Origin: Octopus vulgaris
Lineage: Eukaryota
Direction: 5' to 3'
NCBI GenBank assembly: GCA_951406725.2
Contig: OX597821.1
Span: forward strand, 49,476,001-49,540,000
DNA: 64,000 nt
Part shown: piece by piece, positions 1 through 11,189 of the stretch
Layout of the letters: every line of letters begins with the position of its first letter
How positions within the stretch are numbered: the first letter of the stretch is position 1
Translations under genes and position numbers: made by a program
Notes under the pieces: model-generated
Told to the model about the DNA's origin: nothing
The model's input: the letters and a program-made list of their open reading frames with translations, nothing else
Databases searched by the model: none

Positions 1-268
1 GTAGTGAGCTGGCAGTCATTAGCATATTTAAGAAGGTGATAGCATTTCTTCCAGCTCTTTACATTCTGAGGGTTAATGTTTACAAGTACACCGGCACAAA
101 AAATTGACCTTTTTTTTTTTTAAAAAAAAAATTTTCAGTGGATTCCTATGTTTTTGATGATGGAGATTCTGAATATGCCAAAAACCATTTTTTCAAAATT
201 TTGAATTCCCCCCTCCCCACCTTAAATTTAAAAATTTTAATTTTTCGAATTTTTTTTTCTATTGACAT

Positions 269-1130
269 GGAAACATGGAAATTAAGAATATGGAAGAAAA
301 AAAAATTCATTTCAAATTTTCTGTGAGGAAACTCCAAAATTGATTCATACGCCCCTCACCACTTCATCCCGCTGTCTAAAAGTGAAAATGAACAGCTTGT
401 GTGAGTGTGTGTCAATGAACAGAGAAAATATGCTAGAAATAACAGCCAAATCTCACATAAACGGACCCCTCCACCCCTTTAGATAGAAAATTGTTTTTAT
501 GGAATCCCACGTTTTTGGTTATGGAGATTCCAATTCTGAAAAATATTGTTTGTAAAATTTCAATTTTTCAAGAAAAAAAGGAATTATCTCCAACCCCTTC
601 TCTTGCACAAACTATCTTGAAGCCTATTGGTCCTGAATCAAAAGACAGTTGAAGCATATCACTGGATCATCGGGCAATACGAAATGGTCTTGTGTCGATG
701 AATCTATGTATCAAGAAATGTATGGATTTAGGGCGAAGAAAAATTTTCAGAATTTCTATACATTTCTCAAACACATTGCCGAAGTTTATCCCCACTAAAT
801 TCCAACAGTTGTAAAAAAAATTAACACTTTCATTTCACTTTGTCATATAACTGCGGGATATTACTCTGAAAGAAATCTTTGCAGAAAGGTGAGTAGATAG
901 ATTACATATTTCTTTCATTATGTTATCACAGTTTTGTGAGATTTGGCTGTTATTTCTAGCATATTTTCTGTGTTCATTAGCACGTGCACAAAAACACACA
1001 AGCCGTTCATTTTCACTTTTAGACAGCGGGATGGACTGGTGAGGAGTGTATGAATCAATTTTGGAGTTTCCTCACAGAAAATTTGAAATGAATTCTTTTT
1101 TTCCCCCATATTCTTAATCTCCATATTTCC
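269..1130. mobile_element. MITE/non-autonomous DNA element with ~200-bp inverted arms (269-462 / 931-1130)
   Basis: Arms are near reverse complements (e.g. ttttctgtgaggaaactccaaaattgattcatac vs gtatgaatcaattttggagtttcctcacagaaaa); no ORF. Confidence 0.65.
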
Positions 1131-1179
1131 CCAAAGTTGGAAAGAGGTGACTAGTAAGTGATTGATTATTATTATGGTG

Positions 1180-1700
1180 GTGAGCTGGCAGCATTCTATT
1201 TTGAGATCAAATCCCTCCAAGGTAGACTTTACCATTCGTCCTTTTAGGGCTGATGAAATAAGTACCAGTTGCACACCGGGGTCAAAATAATTGACTACCA
1301 CCCACCCCAAAATTTTAGGCGTTGTGCCTACAGTAGAAAGGCCCCCCCCCCCCCCACTTTCTACTGTAGGTACAAAGCCTGAAATTTTTGGAGCTGGGAC
1401 TAGTTTAATTAAATTGACCCCCCCCCACCAATGCTCAATCAATAAAATAAGTACCAGTTAAGCACTAGGGCCAATATAATCGGCATCCCCAGCCCTCAAA
1501 ACAGCTGGTTTTGTGCCAAAATAAATTATTAAGGCAGCAAGCTGACAGAATTGTAAGCACACTGGGCAAAATGCTTAGTGGCATTTCATCTATTTTTGTT
1601 TTCTGAGTTCAAATTCCACCAAGGTTGACTTTGCCTTTCATCTTTTCAGGGTTGTTAAAATACCAGTTGAACACTTCCTGTTCCTCCAAAATTGCTCGAT
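1180..1700. repeat. Cluster of decayed tRNA-SINE fragments, including a tail-to-tail pair around a poly-C tract (1286-1340 / 1357-1420)
   Basis: gagctggcag...ctgagttcaaattcc...gactttgcctttcatc...aaataagtaccagtt motifs recur throughout the window. Confidence 0.6.
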
Positions 1701-1763
1701 TTGAAATTAATAATTATTATTTTGTAACACAGTATGGATATAAAATGCTGATTTTTTTTGTTT

Positions 1764-2543
1764 TAATAATAATAATAATAATAATAATTGTGTACAGTGC
1801 TCAGGTGCACTACAACTCATCTAAAGTGTATATATAATCAGGTGAAGTTTCGGCGGATTTCGGAAAGCATGAGGGCCTTAAAAGATGCAGTGTCATGGCA
1901 GTCAACAACTGACGCAGGCAGTTTATTCCATGCTTCAGCAACTCTGAGTGTGAAAAAATGTTTCCGAAAGTCATGGGAGCTGTATTGTTTTCTGACTTTG
2001 TAGGCATGTCCACGTGTGTTAGACACATGGAGATCAAAAAGGTGTTCAGTGTTGTTGTTGGTGAGGTGGTTGATAACTTTGTGGGTGTTTACCAAGTCCG
2101 TCGCCAAACGCCGGAGCTTCAGTGAATCCATGCCCAGGGAAACAAGGCGCTCAGAATATGGTAGGTGTCTGATGGAGGGTATGCGTTTGGTTGCACGTCT
2201 CTGGACAGATTCCAGGAGGTCAATGTTCTGTGCAAGATAGGGGTTCCAAACTGATGATGCGAATTCCAAGTGTGGTCGTACCATAGCTGTATACAGTTTT
2301 AAATAGATGGCTGGAGAGCGACTAACAAAAGACCTGCTGAGTGATGCCAAGACACCCTCGGCCTTCCTGACAATCTTAGAGATATGCTTTGACCAACGCA
2401 AATCACTGCTGACAGTGATGCCTAGGTCACGCTCGCAAGAGGATTTCTTGATATCAGTGTTGTGGAGGGAGTATGTGAACGCAGGGTTTTTCTCCCAAAA
2501 TGCATGGTGGTACACTTGTCCACAGCCAGTTTCAGTTGCCATG
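1764..2543 (-). mobile_element. 5'-truncated CR1-clade LINE, RT C-terminal region with (TTA)n tail
   Basis: ERDLGITVSSDLRW...LYTAMVRPHLEFASSVWNPY...LESVQRRATK...Y.ERL; upstream WQLKLAVDKCTTMHFG lies in a shifted frame; tail 1764-1787. Confidence 0.9.
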
Positions 2544-2743
2544 GTTTTTTTTTCTTGTCATTTTAACTATGAAAATCTTAGACTGAAAATACTTCTAAGA
2601 ATATGTTCTTTTCTAAGAAGAATAGTTTTTGGAGCACTTGCATGTCTATCTTGTAGTCAATTGTTGCAGGGACTAATCTTGATAATCCAATGAGAATTGG
2701 TACTTCTTTCACTTTTATTGTTGGGTATCTCCACTCTTTTGAT

Positions 2744-3245
2744 ATCATCATCATCATCATCGTTTAATGTCCACTCTCCATGCTGGCATGGATTAGCTGG
2801 TTTGACTGGAGCTGATGAGCCAGAGAGCTGCACCAGGTTCCAGTTTGATTTGGCATGGTTTCTACAGCTGAATGTCCTTCCTACCACCAACCACTCCAGG
2901 TGTGTAATGGATGCTTTTACGTGCCACTGGCACAGGTGCCATTTATCTGACACTGACCATGACCACTATTACAATTCATGGGTGGATGCCATTTACATGG
3001 CACTGTCAACAACCATGACTACAATGCACAGATGCCATTTAAATGGCACTGACAGTGACCATGATTCACAGGTGCCATTTACATAGTACCAACAGCAATC
3101 ACAATTACAATGCACAGGTGTCATTTACTTAGAAACAGCAGTGAACAACCATGACTGCGATTCACGGGTACCATTTACATGGCACTGGTAATGGCCCCAA
3201 ATACAATTTCACTTGGTCTGACAAGTCTTCTCACACACAGCATAT
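2744..3245 (-). mobile_element. RTE LINE 3' UTR with (GAT)n tail and ~45-bp tandem repeats (2930-3200)
   Basis: Same 3' terminus as the RTE copies at 12600-12779, 19357 and 33391. Confidence 0.75.
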
Positions 3246-3349
3246 CTCTTCTTTTAAATCAACATATTTTGAGATCTTTTCTACTTCCTTGTTTGCAATG
3301 TTTTTCCAATTTCCAATTTATTTTTTCATAATACTTGAATATATTGTAG

Positions 3350-3513
3350 GAAGTTCAAGATGATTTAATAACAGCTTGGCTGGATTGTCTAACATCACAG
3401 CCTCGAGCAACACCACTCATTCCTAAAGATCACAGCATCATCACCAACCTGGAAGAAACATTGTCACGTTATCTCAAAGATGTCCGTGTGTCAGGGATGA
3501 AGGCTGATAAAAG
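3350..3513 (+). CDS. NCLN: Nicalin internal coding exon (EVQDDLITAWLDCLTSQPRATPLIPKDHSIITNLEETLSRYLKDVRVSGMKADK-R)
   Basis: tag|GAA acceptor and AG|gtgact donor; matches the nicalin motif QPRA..L..KD...LE..LSRYLKDV....KADKRDPEF; phase-consistent with the next exon. Confidence 0.93.
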
Positions 3514-4029
3514 GTGACTGCATTAATCTGTTTGTTTCCCTGTAAGATTTGAACCACTGTACTGGTATGTCAATTGTCAGAAGTAAAATACCTGCAGGAA
3601 ATTAGTTTATTTATTTGCTGTAATTTTCTCATCAATCCCTCACATTCAGCTCATAGCATCAGTTAGTGTTAAACTAAAATATGCATAAGAAGAAATACAG
3701 AGATTACATAACTGCTACTGTTACCACCACCACTGCTACCACAACCAGTGTTACTACTGCTGCTACTACTATTGCTACTACAGTAATTTTTAACCCATAT
3801 CTAATTTCATTGATCTGAGGTGATCAGAACATGGTGAAAAGGGTTGAAAGCTGGACTAAATTCTACCTGTGTTTACACTCAATTCCTCTCTTTAACTTTT
3901 CAAGATTGAAAAATTGATTATCAAAATTGATAATCAATTTATTGGAGTTGACTGCCTCAACTAAACTGGTTTGGTTGGCATTAAGTGAAAGGTGGGCAAG
4001 AGAAGTGGGTTTGTCTTTGATAAGTAGCA

Positions 4030-4300
4030 ATATTAAATCGGAATCTTGATAGGTTCCCTTGTTTTATAGGTTTTGGGAGAAAAAAAGGTACAATGTCTAT
4101 AGCCTTCCCAGGCCCACCACATTTGTGTAAGGTTGTTTATGTGGAAAATCATAGACAAGAAGAAATTGCAGAGGTTCAGTATCCTGGGGAAGAAGGACAA
4201 GAAAAAGAGATGAGGGTTTGGAATGGATGTCTGGACGGGTGATCTTGAGTGGAAGTAATTGATAGCTCTCAGGAGCAAAGGCCATTATAGTAGTATTACA
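4030..4300 (-). mobile_element. Old LINE (CR1/L2-like) 3' coding remnant
   Basis: SFFPRILNLCN resembles the SFFPRT..LWN.LP C-terminal motif. Confidence 0.4.
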
Positions 4301-6720
4301 AAGAGTAGAGTGAAAAGAAAGAATGTCAGTAGCAAAGCAGATGGAATGTAAGTCATTGCCAATCAGCTGAATGACCTTTCATATGTTGCATTGGATGTCT
4401 GTGTAGCAACAGTGACAACCCAGACATGGGAACAAAAGCTATAATTATGACCTTCAATGTTTATTTCACAACAGTGACATTGCAGACTTGGTAGCAGTAT
4501 TTCCTGTCAATAGTCTAACAGATGAATATGTCAGCCTGTAATGATGGTGCTTTGTCTAACCCACACTGTCCCTTCCCAGTTGTATTCCAAGCAAAAACTG
4601 GTCTTCTTCAGAACCAGAAAATATTTCAACCTCTACCAACTACAAACCCTCTAAAAAGAAACTCAGGTGAGGATAACAATGGAGCACTACTCCCAAGTTT
4701 GGACAGTTAGTTTGTTAGATCATCCTGTTCAAAGAACATCAGGCTATTAGAACCTTCCAGTCATCTGCCAATTGCCATGTCTCAAGCCTCATCCTAGCTC
4801 TTGTCATCACTCATGAAATTGTTTTTTGCTGGAGTCAGCTAATTCTTTTTGGAACCCTGTGAACATCACTGGAGTTGCTGGCTTGGAAGTTGGGAGGAAT
4901 CCGACCTGATCACATGCCCAAGCCACTTCATCCTCATCCTGGCTACCAACTGACTTAATATGCATGAGATCCCTAATCTTTTTAATTCTTCTTCCAGGTT
5001 TGTGAGACAGTCTCTGTACAAAATGTGATGTCTCTCATGTCGCCATCTGGCAGAGTACTGCTAAGTATACAGACATCAGACATGCTTGTGATTCATATAT
5101 ATATATCAGGTCATTAAGAATGAAATTTCCAATTTTCTTATTTACCAAGTTTGACAGTTGTTAACTCTAATGTTTTATCCTGACAATTCTTTGTTTGACA
5201 GCATTGAAGAGTTACATCACCACTTTTCAAAATGTAATTCATTGTGAGTTTTCTCATATAAATCAATTTTTGTGAACCATGGATATATCTATGTAAGAGG
5301 CGGGCTTTTCAAATTCGAAAAGCCCGCCTCTTATATATATGAGTGAGAATAATTCTATGTACTATGCGGGATACATTTGGTGTTCGTCTGGGATGTTGAT
5401 TTTTTTGTTCATTTTTGTGTGTCTTGATTATGCTTGCACTGATGATTAAAAAGTGCATTTTGTGCACTAATTATGAAATCATATGATCTGCAGCTGAATC
5501 TAGTTTTAAAAGTCTTGCTTCGAGAGTTGCATTCCCTCGCGTTTAGTACAATGTGTTTTATTATGGTAGTTTTTGACTTTAAGAGTCTCTCTTAGCATGA
5601 GGCATTTATGTATAGTAATGCCCTTAATATAAATAAATATATTTAAAGGGAATAAGTAATAAATTTTTCCCTTATGAGGTTTTTGACACTAACTACTTGA
5701 TAAATTCTTATAAAGATTTTATCTTATTTTTAAATTATATGTATATAAAACCAAAGAAAAAGTCCACCTGTTTGATTGTCATGGTATTCACCAACACACA
5801 GAAATGACCTGCAGACATCCTGTCTTTTCTACTGTTGTTGCTACTACAATGGTCTCTGTTGTTTGAAGATGACAGGTCTCCTACCAACTCTACTTAGGTT
5901 GTCCCTACTCTCATCACTCATGTATCCATACCTTAGTGCTATCCACTAAATCCTTATGGTCCATTCTGCCATGTTTTACCACTATCCATCAGTAGGACAG
6001 GGTTCAAAAGAATACCATGTAGATGTCATTGGTCTTAGAGAGCTTGTCGTGGATTCAGTCATTTCCTCTACACTTAACCAATACATATATTGTTTCTTGG
6101 CTTTCCAATTTAGTCATTAAGTTTGTGGATTCAGTTGAAAATTATCTCAACTCACATGTAAGTAGTTGACATTATATAAGCATCTATCAGTATTGGTGAA
6201 GGGTGAAATGGCTTGATCAGTTATTATTTGGGAATCATAGCTCCTACAATTCATGAGCCAACAAGCAAGGGAACCTTTATGAGGTCAGTCAACCTGCTAA
6301 AAATAGCAACCAGATTTCTTTGAAACTAACCTTCTGCTGTAGCACCTGACAGTTTATACCATGTGTCATGTATCCAGTAATTATAGCTACTGAACTGTGT
6401 AATAACTGCTGACATGATGGCTGCACAACAACATCTAATGCAATATAAGGATAAGCAGTGAAACAGCTTTCTAGAATATCACAGAATCTGTGAAACCTTC
6501 TTCAAGCACTACAAGTGTGATGACTTATATCTAAATAAAGTTTCGAATTATCACAGACTCCAGTGGTCTTATACTTCTCCCATCACTGTAGTTCTTTGTA
6601 TGAGACAGGGTGCAAGTTTGGATCATGGCAAGCAGTAACATTTTTGGCCAGTTACAGGTTCACTGTTATAGTAAGAAATGGCTGGTTGGATTGTTGCTAG
6701 TTTTTGTTTTAAACATTACC

Positions 6721-7061
6721 TAAAAAAGACCCCCTTCGGTCATGAATGACCATGGGATTGCACCTAGAAAGTTACCCTCCTAGACACAAGTCCGGGCAAG
6801 GTTGTTTATGGAAGACCAGCAGTCGCCCATGCATACCAGCCTCCCCTCTCCACGCCACCAGTGTTATTCAAGGGAAAGACAAAGGTCGATAGAGCTTGGC
6901 ACCTGTGACGTCGCAACTCATTTCTACAGCTGAGTGAACTGGAGCAACGTGAAATAAAGTGCCTTGCTCAAGAACACAACACGCAGCCCGGTCCGGGATT
7001 CGAGCTCACAACCTCACGATCGTAAGCTCGACACTCTAACCACTGAGCCATGCGCCTTCAC
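6721..7061 (-). mobile_element. Full-length tRNA-derived SINE with 11-bp TSD
   Basis: Pol III A/B-box head (ggctcagtggttagagtg...gctcgaatccc on -); TSD taaacattacc at 6710-6720 and 7062-7072. Confidence 0.9.
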
Positions 7062-7212
7062 TAAACATTACCACCACTAATTAATGCAATATAAGGATAT
7101 ATCGCCTTCACTAAACATTACCACCACTAATCAATTAATGGTTGAATGAAATAAGCTGAGTAATGAAATTCCAGAGCTGACAGTAATAAATTTCAAATGT
7201 TCTCTTTTCCAG

Positions 7213-7266
7213 AGATCCAGAGTTTTTGTTCTATGATGGTGCTGTTTATTCAATGAATGCCTACAA
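7213..7266 (+). CDS. NCLN: Nicalin coding exon (DPEFLFYDGAVYSMNAY)
   Basis: ttctcttttccag acceptor and gtaagt donor; conserved RDPEF.FYD......MNAY. Confidence 0.95.
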
Positions 7267-7298
7267 GTAAGTAATGATATGATTAACTAACTTCATTT

Positions 7299-7605
7299 AG
7301 GCGCAGGAGTGGCTGTGTGGTAAGTAGCTTGTTTACCAACCACATGGTTCCGGGTTCAGTCTCACTGCATGACACCTTGGGCAAGTGTCTTCTACTATAG
7401 CATTGGGGCCGACCAAAGCCTTGTGAGTGGATTTGGTAGACGGAAACTGAAAGAAGCCCGTCATATATAGATATATACAGGGTGTCCCAAAAAAATGTAT
7501 ACACATAGTGGTTCAGCAAAAGAGAACAATAGAATAAGTACTAGGCTTACAAAGAATAACAAATTTACAATTATTTAAGGTGTGTATACATTTTTTTGGG
7601 ACACC

Positions 7606-7660
<55 letters not shown>

Positions 7661-7875
7661 CGTTTGTGTGTCTGTGTTTGTCCCCCTAGCATTGCTTGAC
7701 AACCGATGCTGGTGTGTTTATGTCCCCGTTACTTAGCAGTTCGGCAAAGAGACCGATAGAATAAGTACTGGGCTTACAAAAGAATAAGTTCCGGGGTCGA
7801 GTTGCTCGATTAAAGGCGGTGCTCCAGCATGGCCGCAGTCAAATGACTGAAACAAGTAAAAGAAAGAGTAAGAGT
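7299..7875 (+). mobile_element. Abundant tRNA-SINE with internal (TA)n/(TG)n tract
   Basis: Head ggcgcaggagtggctgtgtggtaag...ggttcagtc; 3' end gctccagcatggccgcagtcaaatgactgaaacaagtaaaaga; many further copies in the window. Confidence 0.85.
7478..7608. mobile_element. 131-bp Tc1/mariner-type MITE nested in the SINE
   Basis: Perfect 28-bp TIRs cagggtgtcccaaaaaaatgtatacaca; TA on both sides. Confidence 0.9.
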
Positions 7876-8407
7876 AGGGAGAAATGATGGCTGAAATTAT
7901 TTCTAGCCATTTTCAGAGGTTATCTATTAACATATCTTTCTCTCTCTGTGCATGTATATATATTTACTCATTTCAGCCATGCGGTTGTGGTCAGACTGGA
8001 GCATGCACACACACACACACACACACATATATAGGTATACACATATGCAAATATATTCATATACACCTATGGATGTGCATGCATGTGTGAGGGTATGAAT
8101 GTGTATGCATGCGTGCATGTTTCTTCACATTTTGTAGATCGATGAACACAGAATATGTTATCCTTTACTAGGAATAGGAAATAAGGGCTTGTGAAAGGCA
8201 AGCATGGAAACATAGACTAAAACAAAAGAATAAAATAAAAGTGTGTGTGTGTGTATTCAGTCACACTTCTCTGTGTTCTGTTCTCTGCCTTTCTCTTGTA
8301 TTTAGATCTTCAGGACATTTTTCATTTCTCCTTTTTGTTACTCCACATTTGTCTGTCTGCTAGCCCATGGCTTTTTTGTTGTATATGTATTATTATTTTT
8401 TGTTGTA

Positions 8408-8788
8408 TTCTTTTATTTATTTCAGTCATTTGACTGTGGCCATGCTGGAGCACCACCTTTAGTCAAATCAACCCTAGGACTTATTCTTTGTAAGCCTAGT
8501 ACTTATTTCGTTGGTCTCTTTTGCCAAACCGCTAAGTTAGAGGGACGTAAACACACCAACATCAGTTGTCAAGCGATGATGGGAGGACAAACATTTACAT
8601 ACACAGACACACACACACACATATACAATGGGCTTCTTTCAGTTTCCATCTACCAAATCCACTCACAAGGCTTTGGTCGGCCCAAGGCTATAGTAGGAGA
8701 CACTTGCCCAAGGTGCCTGCATGGGACTGAACCCGGAACTATGTGGTTGGTAAGCAAGCTACTTACCATACAGCCACTCCTTCACCTA
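8408..8788 (-). mobile_element. tRNA-SINE, same family as 7299-7875
   Basis: Reverse-complement similarity over the head and 3' end. Confidence 0.85.
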
Positions 8789-8804
8789 TAATTGTACATG
8801 TATT

Positions 8805-9205
8805 ATTATTTTGTTGTCTTTGCCTGTCCCTGAGCTCATCTTCTTTTTATTTTGTTTGTTTTTTTGTCCTCATCTGTTCACTAACTGTCTCATCTCGAAT
8901 TACTTTTATTCATTTTCGTGTGTCCATTTCCGTATTTCTTGTTCATCCTTGTTTGTCCATCTCATTTTGTTTCGTCATGTTTTGGTTGCATTCCCAGCAA
9001 GTTCTCTTGCCGGTTGCCTCCAGAGTGGAAGCGATATTATCGATATTGGCAGGAAATTGCATTCAATACCTGGCCGATAACTGATGAGTTGGTGACCTTC
9101 TGTGTTTGTTTTCCGTTTGTCTGTACATTTAGTATGTTTTTCTACTTGACCTTCTATGGCTTTTTTCTGTTTGTTTATTACTATATGTGTTTGACTTCTG
9201 AAAAT
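8805..9205 (+). mobile_element. Non-coding retroelement 3' end (probable PLE-type pseudo-LTR) carrying the permuted hammerhead-like motif
   Basis: T-rich sequence ending in (TA)n; structured motif at 9014-9087; element class inferred from architecture only. Confidence 0.5.
9014..9087 (+). ncRNA. Candidate non-circularly permuted hammerhead ribozyme, copy A
   Basis: GCGAT-A TTATCG N10 GAAATTGC N14 CGATAA CTGATGA; stems covary with copies B and C. Confidence 0.7.
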
Positions 9206-9239
9206 GTGTATATATATATATATTTTTGTTCTCATAACA

Positions 9240-9287
<48 letters not shown>

Positions 9288-9292
<5 letters not shown>

Positions 9293-9462
9293 GAAAAATA
9301 CAAACTGGGACAAGAACGTAAAACATTTAGAAGACGATACAAAAAACACGGACGGGACATTCGAAGCCTTCAATCTTCAGTCAAGAACCGGATCATCCTA
9401 GCAATTTCAGCTGATTAATCTTGAGATCGCTCCGATCCGGCCAGCCCCAGGGAAAAACTAAG
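9288..9462 (-). mobile_element. Non-coding retroelement 3' end, same family as 21215-21850
   Basis: Shares gggacaagaa.g.aaaacat and ccagcccca.ggaaaaactaag with 21229-21380; abuts (TA)n. Confidence 0.65.
9374..9446 (-). ncRNA. Candidate non-circularly permuted hammerhead ribozyme with kink-turn, copy B
   Basis: On -: GGCTGG CCGGATCG GA GCGAT-C TCAAGA ttaa TCAGCT GAAATTGC TAG GA TGATCCGG t TCTTGA CTGAAGA. Confidence 0.75.
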
Positions 9463-9906
9463 AAGTGAATGATAATATTTTGAAAACAAAAGTATTTGAT
9501 AGTTAATAATCAAATAGATATTTATGTGTGTGTATGTGTGAAACTGATAAACTAAATACAATTTACAAGAAAAATTTGCAATTTTATTTTGATTAAAATG
9601 CCAGCATCTTTCAGAGCAAAATCTTTGAAGGCTGTTTGCATGCCTTACTGCTTCTGACTGTTTCTTTCCCCACAAGTGTGACCAAGAGGACGCATGTGTT
9701 TCATTATACATAAGATATTGACCCTTATCAATTCATATTAAAACAAGGTTTTTTTAAATAATTGTCCCTATCCAGTTTGCAAAGTTTGATGCATTTAACA
9801 TCCCTGAATTTATTATTTCCATGTATAACTGAAAACATTTATTAAATTAATTATGACTTTTGTTTTTAAATTTTATGTTAAATTATATCATTTAAACTAT
9901 TTCCAG

Positions 9907-9985
9907 TGTGAAACCAGCCATCTTTGATCTCTTCTTAGCTGTTGGCATTGGAGCATATTTAGCTGTTGTTTATCTTATTGTCCAA
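9907..9985 (+). CDS. NCLN: Nicalin coding exon, transmembrane helix (VKPAIFDLFLAVGIGAYLAVVYLIVQ)
   Basis: tttccag acceptor and gtaagt donor; diagnostic VKPA.FDL.LA.GI.AYL motif. Confidence 0.95.
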
Positions 9986-10117
9986 GTAAGTGACTTCTAT
10001 CCTTCTATTAATCCTAAAATCACAAAATGCAGCAACTTCAAAGTCACATAATCTCCACTACACCATATGGTATTAAATTCTTATAAGGCGATGCCAAAGG
10101 GTGTGTTTTTTAATCTT

Positions 10118-10655
10118 CATCATCATCGTTTAATGTCTATACTCCATGCTGGCATGGGTGGAGCAGTTTGATAGATTAGGATTGTATCAAGTTCAAATGT
10201 TTGTTTTGGCATGGTTTCTGTGACAAGATGCCCTTCCTAATGTCAGTCACTTTACAGAGTGTACTGGATGCTTTTTCATAGGACTTGCACTAGTGAGGTT
10301 GCCAAATAGCTTGCAAGACAAGACCCTTTGATTGGGGAGTGTGTAGTATTGAGAGGGCTGCATATACCTTGTATTGAGAGGTAAGAATATGGTGGGATAG
10401 GAACAGAGGCTGACTTTGCCTTTCATCAGTATAATTGACTAATGCCCCCAGCCACCTGCAAAATTTCAGGTTTTGTGCCTAGAGTAAAAAGAAATTTTAT
10501 TAGTTGCAGTATTAAATAATAACAGATTGGCATTAAGAAGGGTAACCAGCCATAGAAACCAATTGGAGCCTGGTGCAGCTGTCTGACTTGCCAGCTCCTG
10601 TCAAACCATCAAATCCATACTAGCATAGAAAACAGGTGTTAAATGATGGCAATGA
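10118..10655. repeat. Decayed RTE 3' ends in both orientations plus a SINE fragment
   Basis: catcatcgtttaatgtc...ccatgctggcatggg and aagggtaaccagccatagaaacc motifs. Confidence 0.6.
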
Positions 10656-11189
10656 TATTCTCTTTAGTGTTAAATAGTTTTTAGTTCTTTGGTAGTTCTT
10701 GTGTACAAAGAACACACCAACATTTGTTTGAAATCATTTTCCCCTTTCTATTTCGTGCTTATCTTCACAGCCACCTCTGTAAAGGACACTTTGCTCCCCA
10801 GACTTCTCTCTTAAGTATGATGTATGAATGTGCATGTGTACATATGTCTGTGTGTAATGTGTGAACTACGTTAAGTTTGATGGATACAAATAAAAGAGAA
10901 AGTGTAAATATTTATAAAAGTTACACGGTCTTGTTTATGGTTTTTGTTATTTACTAGGAAGCGTGGTTTGATGCATAGAATTGGTAATATTACTGTAATT
11001 CATTGTGTTTTTGTTTTTATTCACTTAGACATCAGTTGGGCTTCTATTGCTGACATGGTACTTTGGATTCTAGCTTGAATTTCAGCCTCTCAAAAGTAGT
11101 ATCCATGTAATAGTTAACCCTATAAATTTGACCCTAAAAAATAGTCTAAAAAGTTTGACTTTTACATGAGTATATACAGTAAATGTGAC

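Noticed and set aside
918-1442. 174-aa ORF
   Set aside because: Spans a MITE arm and SINE fragments; no coherent protein signal
9081-9100. CTGATGAG as part of a standard type I/II/III hammerhead or a SECIS element
   Set aside because: No downstream GAAA with a matching stem III and no SECIS geometry; only the permuted pairing scheme fits
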